Below are positions 54,179 through 64,000 of a stretch of DNA of 64,000 nucleotides, in pieces. The stretch covers positions 19,761 through 83,760 of the forward strand of contig WQXG01000004.1 in NCBI GenBank assembly GCA_009784975.1. Direction: 5' to 3'. Under the pieces are notes generated by a model. It made no database searches. It was not told the origin of the DNA and saw only the letters and a list, made by a program, of their open reading frames with translations. Every line of letters begins with the position of its first letter. Position 1 is the stretch's first letter. The position numbers were made by a program, and so were the translations under genes. The stretch comes from Treponema sp. GTDB taxonomy: Bacteria > Spirochaetota > Spirochaetia > Treponematales > Breznakiellaceae.

Positions 54179-55670
54179 CCGCCAGTCCCCACACACGTCC
54201 TGTAGCAAGCCCCCAGCGTTTGTTAACATATTCAGAAAAAGTATTTGCTTCTGCAACGAAAGCAGAAACAACCGAAGGACTTGGGATGACTCCCACACGC
54301 CATGCAAGATGCCGCCCGTAATAATCGGCAGTTTCAAAAACCGGCTGCTGCAGAACATGAGATTTAAATTCTTTTACCATTAGGTAATCATTTTCCAGAT
54401 CGTAATTCTGAACTTCAAAGTATATCAGAATAAAATCTTTTGCATCCTGCGGAAATTGTTCCCAGCGGCTGCGGCTATAATCCCTGAACTCTTCGTCAAT
54501 AAAGAAAATACCGTGGAAACCTTCATGATTCATATACCTGTAGCGCATAAAACCCGCCGATGCCCTGGATATTGACAAGATCGCGCCTTCACCTGCTGCA
54601 ATGCTGCCATGCTCTTCGCGGATAATACCTTCGTTAAATAATATTTTTTCAAGTTCTTTTTCTTCTTCCAAAATTGGAAAATTTGTTTTGCGGACCATGT
54701 CAAAAAAACGGGCAAGGTCTTCTGCGCGGTAATCATGAGCATTCCAGCCGTGAAGACCTTCAATTTCCTCATCATGCGAAAGCCGTCCGTGGAAACCTGC
54801 TTTTTCTACAAAAAACGCAAGGCGCTTTAACATCCTGTCCTGCACCCTGTAATCGGCAAAATCAATTATTAACAATGACGGAAAACGATCCCAGCGGAAA
54901 ACTTCGTATCCCGGATTCCGCCAGTTTCCCCTTGGCCATAAAATAACAAGGGCAGGATCCGCTTTTATGGGCTGGGGAAATACAGGTTTTTCTGAAAACT
55001 TTAAAATAAAAGAACTGACTTCTTCTCCAAAAAGAACAGCTTTCCCTGCCGGAGCAAAACCGGGCGGCAAGTATAGTTTTTCCGTGCCGGGCAGCGTTTC
55101 AATTATACGATCCGCTATTTTTAAAACAACAGTTCCGCTGAACTCAGCTTCTGCTTCGGCAAATGTTCCGTTAATAAAACTTTCGGGAACATCAATAATA
55201 AAATTAAAATCTTCATCTTTATAAACAAACGGGCTTTTAAAATAATATTCTTTTTCCTTGTCATAATAAAAACCAAACTTTTTTTCGCTTAATTTAAAAG
55301 ATTTAAGGCGGAAAACCGCTTCACTTTCAGCGCTGCCTTCAAGAGCAATGCTGAAACTGCCTGCAAAGGATTCTTCCAGCGGGATGGAATAATGAACAAC
55401 TGAAGATATGTCCATCGGCAATTCCCAGGAGGATGTTCCCGTATCAAGCACAATGCGGCATTTTTCTTTTGCTTCCCGCGAAGGAGAAACGATAAAATCA
55501 TATTCAACTACAAGCGATGAATTGGGCGGGACAGGGTCATTAAAACTAAAATCCAGTTTTACAGGCGATGAAAAATCAAGTAAATTTTCCTGAAGCACAG
55601 TTTTGCCGCAGGAAGCAAGGAGCAGAGCCGCAAGAAACATGCTGCTTCGCAGCAGCCATATCTGCCTCAT
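54165..55670 (-). CDS. hypothetical lipoprotein
   Basis: 501 aa. MRQIWLLRSSMFLAALLLASCGK is a signal peptide plus lipobox. No family recognised. The 3' end overlaps the mutL 3' end by 14 nt in convergent orientation. Confidence 0.7.
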   Translation of the reverse strand: MRQIWLLRSSMFLAALLLASCGKTVLQENLLDFSSPVKLDFSFNDPVPPNSSLVVEYDFIVSPSREAKEKCRIVLDTGTSSWELPMDISSVVHYSIPLEESFAGSFSIALEGSAESEAVFRLKSFKLSEKKFGFYYDKEKEYYFKSPFVYKDEDFNFIIDVPESFINGTFAEAEAEFSGTVVLKIADRIIETLPGTEKLYLPPGFAPAGKAVLFGEEVSSFILKFSEKPVFPQPIKADPALVILWPRGNWRNPGYEVFRWDRFPSLLIIDFADYRVQDRMLKRLAFFVEKAGFHGRLSHDEEIEGLHGWNAHDYRAEDLARFFDMVRKTNFPILEEEKELEKILFNEGIIREEHGSIAAGEGAILSISRASAGFMRYRYMNHEGFHGIFFIDEEFRDYSRSRWEQFPQDAKDFILIYFEVQNYDLENDYLMVKEFKSHVLQQPVFETADYYGRHLAWRVGVIPSPSVVSAFVAEANTFSEYVNKRWGLATGRVWGLAVNPF

Positions 55671-56440
55671 AACATTACAATTTTCTGCGCAATCAGTTTT
55701 GCCAGATAAAAGCGCGAATCCAAATCAACCGCGTCACTGTTTGCAAGGAAGGTTTGAAACTCCGCGATAAACGATTCTGGAAGCACCGGCAATTCGCACA
55801 CCTGTTTAAAATAAGCGCGGTGGGAAGGTTCAAAATGTTTGTTTATGCAAAAGAGCGTAAGGCAGGCGGTTTTTATAAAACCTGCAGAAGCGATAAGATA
55901 GTGAAACTTGTCACCCTGAAAACAGGCGGCTCCCAAATCCGACAAAAAATGCTCCATCTTGAATTGGACAGTATATCGCATTTCTTTCCAGAAATTGTCA
56001 CCGATATTTTTCAGCCGTTTTCTTACATCATGTATCCAGCTGGAACGTGAAAAAATAATATCGCAGTTGGCAAGACGGTAAAAACCATAAGTTCCCGAGT
56101 CTTTTATTAACCACAATGATTCATGCTTTGTGCAGGCAATGTTTACAAGTTCATCGATTTTTGCGGTTTTTTTAAATTCCAGCCGTACCGGAACATCGCC
56201 GATTAAAAACCGGTCTTTTTCGCCTGCGCTTTCAAAAGCCGCAATATCATCGCCGTAGAGCTGACAGCGGTTATCAGCATCGGGAATTGAAGATGTACAG
56301 AAAACATCCAGAATCAGCGCAAAATACGGATCCAGAGTATCCGCCAAAGCCGCTTCGTTAAGGGTTATACATTCAACGCCATTCCAGGATGAAAGGATTT
56401 CCTTAAACCTTTCTACCAATAATTTGGTCTTATATTTCAT
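55667..56440 (-). CDS. hypothetical cytoplasmic protein
   Basis: ORF 55667..56461. Likely start MKYKTKLLVERF. It has a 4-nt overlap with the downstream lipoprotein gene, which suggests an operon. No catalytic motif confidently recognised. Confidence 0.65.
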   Translation of the reverse strand: MKYKTKLLVERFKEILSSWNGVECITLNEAALADTLDPYFALILDVFCTSSIPDADNRCQLYGDDIAAFESAGEKDRFLIGDVPVRLEFKKTAKIDELVNIACTKHESLWLIKDSGTYGFYRLANCDIIFSRSSWIHDVRKRLKNIGDNFWKEMRYTVQFKMEHFLSDLGAACFQGDKFHYLIASAGFIKTACLTLFCINKHFEPSHRAYFKQVCELPVLPESFIAEFQTFLANSDAVDLDSRFYLAKLIAQKIVML

Positions 56441-56467
56441 TGTGATTCTCCGTATAATCATTGTATC

Positions 56468-57022
56468 ATGGGAAGCTTCAAAAATGAAAGATATTCAGAT
56501 GTATCCCCGGCAGAAAAATTTCTTGTGCTTGTTCCTCATCGGGATACCCGTGTTGAACTGCAAAAATACAGCGAAATGCTTCTTAAATCCGGGCTTAAAA
56601 ATGTATATAAATTTCCTCAAGCTGCTCCTCTGGCTGCCCTTTCAAAGCCGCTAACATCAAATGAGTTAAAAAACATTGCCCGTTCGCTAAGGGAAGCCGC
56701 CTTAATACGCGGCATTAGCGGTGAAATGTTTCATACTAAAGAATTGTCAACCGTAACATTTCCGGATAAACCGCTATTCGGCCCCCGTCTGGATTTGGGC
56801 ACACGGGAGCTCTCCATAAACTTTAAAACAGAAAAGATTATTTCTCTTTTTTCTCCGGCTATAATTGGTTTATTTTTAAATTGCAGCGGGGTCAGCGCAG
56901 AGCCGCATAAACTGTCTTTCCGCGCCGCCGCTGTTGCCAATATGTACTGGAAACCTGTTAAATCCGGCTATAAATGGAAAATCGGGAAATTACACTGGCT
57001 GCCAAAAACCATTACTTATTAA
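56468..57022 (+). CDS. hypothetical protein
   Basis: 184-aa ORF, divergent from the previous gene. No family recognised. Confidence 0.5.
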   Translation: MGSFKNERYSDVSPAEKFLVLVPHRDTRVELQKYSEMLLKSGLKNVYKFPQAAPLAALSKPLTSNELKNIARSLREAALIRGISGEMFHTKELSTVTFPDKPLFGPRLDLGTRELSINFKTEKIISLFSPAIIGLFLNCSGVSAEPHKLSFRAAAVANMYWKPVKSGYKWKIGKLHWLPKTITY

Positions 57023-58919
57023 AAAGACTTACAAGCCATGTGCTAAGCCACGGCAGATATGTTACCAAAAGCACAACTATAAGGCGCACAAGCAGGAATG
57101 GGGAAACATATTTGCAAATCTCCATAAACGGCTTCTGGAAACGGTACGATGAAAGAAACAGGTTAAGCCCTACAGGCGGAGTAATATACCCTACTTCAAG
57201 GTTAACAAGGAAGATAATTCCCAAATGCACCGGGTCTATGCCGTAAATCTCTCCCAGCGGAATAATAAGGGGGAGCACAACAAGGATGGCGGAAAACATA
57301 TCCAATACAAAACCAATAACAAGAAGAGCGGCATTAAGAAGCAGCAGGAAAACCCATTTGGAAGAAACAACAGTATGCATCCAGGAGGCAACATTGGCAG
57401 GCGCCTGGGTATCTATGATGTAATAAGAAAACGCGTTTGCCAGAGCAAGAATGGATAATACGCCGCCTATAATGGGAATGGCGCTGTCAAATATTCTTTT
57501 AATATCAGAGAATTTAATATCTTTATGTATAAAAACTTCTACAATAAAAATATATAAAACAGCAACTGCCCCAAGCTGGACAAGATCAAGAACGCCGGTA
57601 AAATAACCAATAATTAAAAGTATTGGCAGTAAAATCTCCAGGCTTGATTCTTTTAAGGCAGCAAGCGCCTTGCGCAGTTCAAATTTTTCTACAGGGATTT
57701 TTACTTTAAGCGATATAACAATGCCGAATACTATCATTGCAATAACAAGAAGAACACCGGGAATTATTCCGCCCAAAAATAAATGAAGAATATTAACCTG
57801 AAGAACCGTTCCAACCAGAATCAAAGGAAGACTGGGCGGAAAAAGCAAACCTATGCTTCCCACAGAGGTTAAAAGCCCAATTGAAAATTTGGAAGGATAT
57901 TTTAAATGTTCGCTGAGTATCGCATACAGGATGCCGCCAAGGGCAAGAATTGTAACCCCGGATGCTCCCGTAAAAGATGTAAAAAATGCGCAGATTACTA
58001 CAGAAACAATTATAATCCCACCGGGAATCCAGCTAAACAAACTGCGGAAAGTATTTACAAGCCTCTGCCCCGCTTTGCTTTCTGAAAGGAAAAATCCAAC
58101 TATTGTAAAAAGCGGAATCGCGATAATATTCTGGCTGATAAGACCAAAATAAATTTTATTCGGAACAGTATCCATCTGCCCGCCGGAAGCCAAAAGCAGA
58201 AGAAGCGAAAGACCGCCCAAAACAACAAATAAAGGCGTTCCTCCAAGGGCTGCTACGAGCAGGAAAACTACAAGCGGTATCTTTGCATAATAAGCAATAT
58301 CTTCAAACAGAATGCATAAATCAAAAATAGCATCGGGCATATCAAAGCCCCAGATTATTTTAACGATAACCGGAAAAGAAGCAACTGTTCCCAAAACAAG
58401 AGCAAGTACAGGTAACAAAATCTTCCAGCCTGTCAGCCTTGTCCTGCGCGCAAAACGAATAGCCATAACTCCAAAAGCGATAGGTATTATCAGAGCAAGA
58501 ACACGCTTTGAAGCAAAGCCAATCATGCTTCCGTCAAGCCCCATTTTTATAAAGGAGATGGAGCTCCATGCGATTACAATACAAATAAACGCAGAAACCA
58601 GATTACAAAAAACTTTTAATCTTTCTCTGATTGGACCTTCGGGAAGATACTGCACGACTGAAATAGCCAGATGCGTTTCTTTTCTGGTACAGATCATCCC
58701 GCCTGCAAGAGCTGTAAACAATAAAAAGTGTACAATGAATCCGGAAGAAGCCGGTATCCCTGTCCTGAACAGAAAAAATACCAGCAATTCCAATAAAGGA
58801 AAAACAGCCATTAAAACCAAAACGGCTATACAAAAATAATCTTCAATTAAATATAGAACAGACCTAACCCGGCCAATCAATGATTGGTCGGGCTTTTCCT
58901 GTATTGATTGTGTTTCCAC
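57012..58919 (-). CDS. TRAP transporter fused small/large permease (DctQ-DctM fusion; TatQ-M-like)
   Basis: 635 aa with about 16-17 TM segments. The N-terminal DctQ-like part is fused to a DctM-like part. It is the last gene of the tatT-dctP-dctQM operon. Confidence 0.85.
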   Translation of the reverse strand: METQSIQEKPDQSLIGRVRSVLYLIEDYFCIAVLVLMAVFPLLELLVFFLFRTGIPASSGFIVHFLLFTALAGGMICTRKETHLAISVVQYLPEGPIRERLKVFCNLVSAFICIVIAWSSISFIKMGLDGSMIGFASKRVLALIIPIAFGVMAIRFARRTRLTGWKILLPVLALVLGTVASFPVIVKIIWGFDMPDAIFDLCILFEDIAYYAKIPLVVFLLVAALGGTPLFVVLGGLSLLLLLASGGQMDTVPNKIYFGLISQNIIAIPLFTIVGFFLSESKAGQRLVNTFRSLFSWIPGGIIIVSVVICAFFTSFTGASGVTILALGGILYAILSEHLKYPSKFSIGLLTSVGSIGLLFPPSLPLILVGTVLQVNILHLFLGGIIPGVLLVIAMIVFGIVISLKVKIPVEKFELRKALAALKESSLEILLPILLIIGYFTGVLDLVQLGAVAVLYIFIVEVFIHKDIKFSDIKRIFDSAIPIIGGVLSILALANAFSYYIIDTQAPANVASWMHTVVSSKWVFLLLLNAALLVIGFVLDMFSAILVVLPLIIPLGEIYGIDPVHLGIIFLVNLEVGYITPPVGLNLFLSSYRFQKPFMEICKYVSPFLLVRLIVVLLVTYLPWLSTWLVSLFNK

Positions 58920-58922
58920 GTA

Positions 58923-59951
58923 CTAACGTCCCCTTCGGTATTCTGTTAAAATATCTTTTACTTTTAAATAATACTCTCTGTTAAAAGTAGGATTTGCTCC
59001 GCCAATAAGCCTGTTTTCATATGAGTTGGTATCATCAAACCAAACTTGCTGCTGCGCAGGAGTCAATGTATTTATTTTAAGACCATGCCTTACCATTGTA
59101 GAAATTGCTTCTGTTTCCAAGCCTGCGATTGACGCTTCTATATCTCTTTCCATGCGCTTGGTTGCTTCCAGGAGCTCGGGTTTAAACCTGTCCGGAATTC
59201 TGCGCCAGGTTACTTCGTTCATTAAAATGCCGCCCATAAACGGAGCAACATTGATGCTTGACATATTGGAAGCAATGCCGAAAAGCTGATTTGCCGCTAC
59301 GAAAATAGGGCTGGAGTAAACGGCATCTGCTCTGCCGCTTTGCAGTGAAAACAATAATTCGTTAACATTTGCCGGAACAATCTGATAACTTAAAAGCCTG
59401 AAAGCCTGAATCATCTGCTGATCATCAGAACCTGTGGCAAGCCTTAATCTGCGTAAATCATCCGGAGTTACGATAGGCGATCTTGTAAATATTTTTATCC
59501 ATCCGGCGCGCGCCCAGGCAAGATTAACAAAACCGTTTCTTTGAATTCTTTCATTCAGATCCGATTTAACTTTGCCCAGCACTTCATCCAGTTCGTCATC
59601 ATTCCTGATTAGAAACGGAAAACTTACAGCCATTAATTCCGGCACTACGGAATTCAATCCCATGCTGGTAAAAACGCCCGCCTGTATCTGGTTGCTTCTT
59701 ACCAAAGCCATAACCTGCGATTCATCGCCTGCGGTTCCGCCGTGGAACACAGTCACATTGAGCAAACCGTTTGTTATCCGCGCCCAATCCGCCGCCATGC
59801 GATTAATTGCCTGTCCCCATGCGGTATTTTCCGGAGCAAGCGACGCCAATTTAATGTTCATTGTTCTTTGCGCAAAAACCGGATTCAAAACCAAAAACAA
59901 CAACAATAAAATAAAAATGAATTGAAGTTTTTGTCTGCTAAAAATTTTCAT
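58923..59951 (-). CDS. TRAP transporter substrate-binding protein (DctP family; TatP-like)
   Basis: ORF 58923..60029. ATG at 59951 follows AGGAGA. Signal peptide MKIFSRQKLQFIFILLLLFLVLNPVFA. DctP-like core NIKLASLAPENTAWG. Confidence 0.85.
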   Translation of the reverse strand: MKIFSRQKLQFIFILLLLFLVLNPVFAQRTMNIKLASLAPENTAWGQAINRMAADWARITNGLLNVTVFHGGTAGDESQVMALVRSNQIQAGVFTSMGLNSVVPELMAVSFPFLIRNDDELDEVLGKVKSDLNERIQRNGFVNLAWARAGWIKIFTRSPIVTPDDLRRLRLATGSDDQQMIQAFRLLSYQIVPANVNELLFSLQSGRADAVYSSPIFVAANQLFGIASNMSSINVAPFMGGILMNEVTWRRIPDRFKPELLEATKRMERDIEASIAGLETEAISTMVRHGLKINTLTPAQQQVWFDDTNSYENRLIGGANPTFNREYYLKVKDILTEYRRGR

Positions 59952-59994
59952 AAAAATCTCCTCTCTTGTTAATTTGAGTCTGTTTTCAGACATT

Positions 59995-60954
59995 TTACCA
60001 ATCATCATCCCAGTCATCCCAATCATCACCTGAATCGAAAAGGATAAAAAGCTGAGATGCTGAAGCCAGCAAATAACGCGCTTTCCGCTGGGAGATAATA
60101 TTTACCAGACGGTTTGAAGGATCATCATCTATGTCTATCGCAAGTGCGTTGTCTAACATTTCTTTAAATTTGGGGTAATCCTGAGCAGGTATGCAAACTG
60201 CCTGTGCATAAGCTACATAAGTCCCTGCGGATTTTCCCCCGGATTTTTCAAGCGCCCTTTGGTAATGGGTTTCCACTTTTGAAAAATCACCGCCCATTCC
60301 ATCAGGAATTGACGCATGGAATAACAATAAAAATTCATCCAAAGCGCCGGAATTAAAATCAGGATCCAGTTCATAAGCGCGTTCCACAAGAGCGTAGAAT
60401 TCCAATATACGCATCCCTAAATCCAAATCGAAAGGATTAAGAGAAAATGCGGAAAGCCCGGCAGCCGCAGACCAGTAAAGCGCAGGCACATCGGCTTTTT
60501 TCATCTGTGCCAGTATTTCCGGCAAATTACCTTCATAGTAGGCATTGGAAAAACCGGGATATTTTAATTCCAGTCCGCGGTAAAGCAATTCCAGCCCCCT
60601 AAGGTACAGTTTCTTTGCGCGATCCAATGCATCCTGACGCTCCTGAAATCTTGCAATAGGAAGCATTTCCGCCGGTCCCTGAACAAAAGCATTTGCATAC
60701 ATAACAAACATGGAGCCGGTTGTATTAATCAGCCCCTGATGGTTTGTATTCTGCGAAAGCAAAGCTTCGTACATTTTGATGGCAAAAGGAATCGCGTCCC
60801 CAACCAATTGGGGATCAGAATCTCCCGTGAAGACATCAGAGCTGCCTTCACCCGTTAGCGCGTTGGCTATCATATTCATTGCCAACTGGTTGATTGAACA
60901 AGCCGAAAAGCAACAAATAGTTAAAATTGTTATAAAAGTAATTATCTTTCTCAT
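59995..60954 (-). CDS. tatT: TatT-like TPR lipoprotein of TPR-protein-associated TRAP transporters (TPATs)
   Basis: 319 aa. Lipobox CCFSAC. Helical TPR-like repeats. Its position immediately upstream of dctP and dctQM is as in Treponema pallidum tp0956-tp0958. The C-terminus is DSGDDWDDWDDDW. Confidence 0.7.
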   Translation of the reverse strand: MRKIITFITILTICCFSACSINQLAMNMIANALTGEGSSDVFTGDSDPQLVGDAIPFAIKMYEALLSQNTNHQGLINTTGSMFVMYANAFVQGPAEMLPIARFQERQDALDRAKKLYLRGLELLYRGLELKYPGFSNAYYEGNLPEILAQMKKADVPALYWSAAAGLSAFSLNPFDLDLGMRILEFYALVERAYELDPDFNSGALDEFLLLFHASIPDGMGGDFSKVETHYQRALEKSGGKSAGTYVAYAQAVCIPAQDYPKFKEMLDNALAIDIDDDPSNRLVNIISQRKARYLLASASQLFILFDSGDDWDDWDDDW

Positions 60955-61010
60955 AACCTGCCAAATTGTACTACTAATAACAAAAAAATAAAAGAGGCAA
61001 ATGGTTACTT

Positions 61011-61044
61011 AATAAAAAGGCTGCCCGTGATTCCGGACAGCCTT
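61011..61044 (-). terminator. rho-independent terminator after groEL
   Basis: Minus strand: AAGGCTGTCCG-loop-CGGGCAGCCTT followed by a T-rich run, 20 nt after the groEL stop. Confidence 0.7.
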
Positions 61045-61063
61045 AAAAAGCAACAATTATGGA

Positions 61064-62725
<1,662 letters not shown>

Positions 62726-62770
62726 TTAGTATTTATTATTTGTCTATAAAGTACCAAATTACAACAATTT

Positions 62771-62952
62771 AAGCAATAGGTACAATGGCTCTCCGTACCG
62801 GCACCCGCAGGCAACGGGCTCAGAAAAAACCCCTCAGGAGTCCGCCTACGAGCCTGCTTTGCAGTCTCTCCGGGCGGGGAATTTCGGAAGATGTTTTTTA
62901 TGAGCCCGTTGCCTGCGGGCGCCGGTACGATGTGACTATATATCTATTGCTT
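62771..62952. repeat. 182-nt nested palindromic element (candidate structured RNA or miniature mobile element)
   Basis: Outer arms AAGCAATAG (62771-79) and CTATTGCTT (62944-52). After internal loops of about 14 nt, an inner 29-nt inverted repeat CGTACCGGCACCCGCAGGCAACGGGCTCA (62794-62822) pairs with TGAGCCCGTTGCCTGCGGGCGCCGGTACG (62901-62929). It has a single mismatch and extends a further 12 bp. The core of about 55-78 nt is non-palindromic. Confidence 0.8.
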
Positions 62953-63098
62953 GTATTTACCGTAGGGGGGAGCCTATATTTTGGGAGCGGTTTTCGCCTT
63001 TGGCGTTACCGCACGGCGTTGGGGCACTTTGGGTTAAATTTTACGTGAGGCAATGCGAGGCATTGTTGTTTTTAGCAGGACAAGATATATTGTCTTTT

Positions 63099-63329
63099 AT
63101 GGATACTATTCAATTTGATGTTGTGAAGCATTTTGGCGTTATTTCTCAGGAAAAAAGCGGCTGGCAAAAGGAACTAAACATGGTTTCCTGGAACGGCAGA
63201 ACCCCAAAACTCGATATAAGGGACTGGGCGCCCGAACGCAAGAAAATGGGCAAAGGGGTCACCTTAACCGAAGACGAAGCTGCCGCCCTGAAAGATTTAC
63301 TTAGCAAAGCGCTGGTTAAAGAAGATTAA
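63099..63329 (+). CDS. PC4/YdbC-like single-stranded DNA-binding protein
   Basis: ORF 63000..63329. Likely start at 63099 (MDTIQFDVVKHFGVISQEKSGWQKELNMVSWNGRTPKLDIRDWAPERKKMGKGVTLTEDEAAAL). It closely parallels Lactococcus YdbC (...KGWRKELNLISWNGRPPKFDLREWAPDHEKMGKGITL...), recalled from memory. Confidence 0.75.
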   Translation: MDTIQFDVVKHFGVISQEKSGWQKELNMVSWNGRTPKLDIRDWAPERKKMGKGVTLTEDEAAALKDLLSKALVKED

Positions 63330-63940
63330 CTGCCAAAAACTGTAATTCCGGCTCCTTCTTCCACTATTTCCTCCATAAGTGAAAAAGATGCATCTTCGTT
63401 AATTACCAATTTTATCGGTAATATGTAATCCACTTCAAATCTGACTACCTGGCTTTTTGTGTAAAGAAAGCAGGATTTATCGTCAGTTTCAATACCTGAC
63501 AATATATGCAGGTAGCAAAGCCCGGTATCATCAAAACCCGGTTCATCTGTACTATAACCCGCAATATGAAGGATAATATCCGGCGTTTTTACTTCTATCT
63601 CAAAAGATGAAATAAAATCATTTGAGGATATTGCTACCAAAGGCAGGTTTAAAAGCACAAAATTTCCGGTAATATCATTGCTTATATTTTTAACTTCATT
63701 GCCATTTAAATCCTCGCTGATCCAATTAGAATAGGCTATAACAGAGTTATCACCCCAATTGTAATAATTACGGATTTTTATTGTAATTGGAGCATCCATA
63801 TTGTTTTCTACCATAAACAATAATGAAAAATTATCAGGCGGCGTATAAATGTGATAATTAGGCTGCGGACAAGAAATAAGAATATACGATATTGTGAACA
63901 ATAACGTAATAATAGCAAATTTATTCATAAGTTCCAGCAT
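63326..63940 (-). CDS. hypothetical lipoprotein
   Basis: 204 aa. MNKFAIITLLFTISYILISC is a signal peptide plus lipobox; Met 63928 or 63940 could be the start. No family recognised. Confidence 0.6.
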   Translation of the reverse strand: MLELMNKFAIITLLFTISYILISCPQPNYHIYTPPDNFSLLFMVENNMDAPITIKIRNYYNWGDNSVIAYSNWISEDLNGNEVKNISNDITGNFVLLNLPLVAISSNDFISSFEIEVKTPDIILHIAGYSTDEPGFDDTGLCYLHILSGIETDDKSCFLYTKSQVVRFEVDYILPIKLVINEDASFSLMEEIVEEGAGITVFGS

Positions 63941-64000
63941 ACTTGGTTACAAACCAAAATCAACCCCCAGCAAGTATCAAACTTGTGAAAAGCTGGAAAA

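Noticed and set aside
53360-54358. Minus-strand ORFs inside mutL (123 aa, 106 aa, 81 aa, 167 aa)
   Set aside because: The stop-free antisense frames are a consequence of the purine/pyrimidine-biased repeat block. The MutL frame carries ATPase and endonuclease motifs on either side.
62785-63048. 87-aa plus-strand ORF spanning the palindromic element
   Set aside because: It is composed of the inverted-repeat sequence, has no RBS, and gives an Arg/Gly/Pro-rich translation typical of GC-rich non-coding DNA.

Overview
This 64 kb window looks like a chromosomal segment from a spirochaete, probably Treponema-like. That assignment is an inference from gene content: cheA, a CheW/CheR-like fusion and cheX; a TatT-type TRAP (TPAT) operon; a eukaryote-like hexokinase; and many lipobox lipoproteins. 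I support about 50 CDS and 3 tRNAs (Val, Pro, Asp).

Gene content, in order:
- Sugar-uptake and glycosidase cluster: ABC binding protein, two permeases, GH88, GH36 alpha-galactosidase and a GPH symporter.
- Chemotaxis operon that ends after cheX, with no cheY.
- A tRNA-Val with a decayed toxin-antitoxin pair beside it.
- Housekeeping genes: Gfo/Idh/MocA oxidoreductase, cutA, an MFS transporter, tsaC/sua5, class II RNR nrdJ, adk, proS, pepF, hexokinase, addAB, def-fmt, a PASTA protein, mgtC, xseAB, mutL, the TPAT transporter, groEL and a PC4/YdbC-like protein.

Items most worth a second look:
1. A divergently transcribed six-gene locus at 40.8-50.1 kb. It encodes Ig-like-domain lipoproteins, a predicted beta-barrel and a lyase-like lipoprotein. 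A roughly 210-aa C-terminal module that I cannot place in any family occurs five times across three of these genes.
2. A block of short direct and inverted repeats built on CGCAGAG/CTCTGCG, sitting in frame in the mutL linker.
3. A 182-nt nested palindrome between groEL and the ydbC-like gene.
4. An extended GC-rich stem-loop upstream of mgtC.
5. An accessory-looking cluster next to tRNA-Pro and tRNA-Asp: a WYL regulator, a PTP-like phosphatase, an EIIC_2-like membrane protein and a small secreted protein.

No CRISPR array, rRNA, transposase or integrase was seen. All family assignments come from motif recognition by eye. No database search was run.
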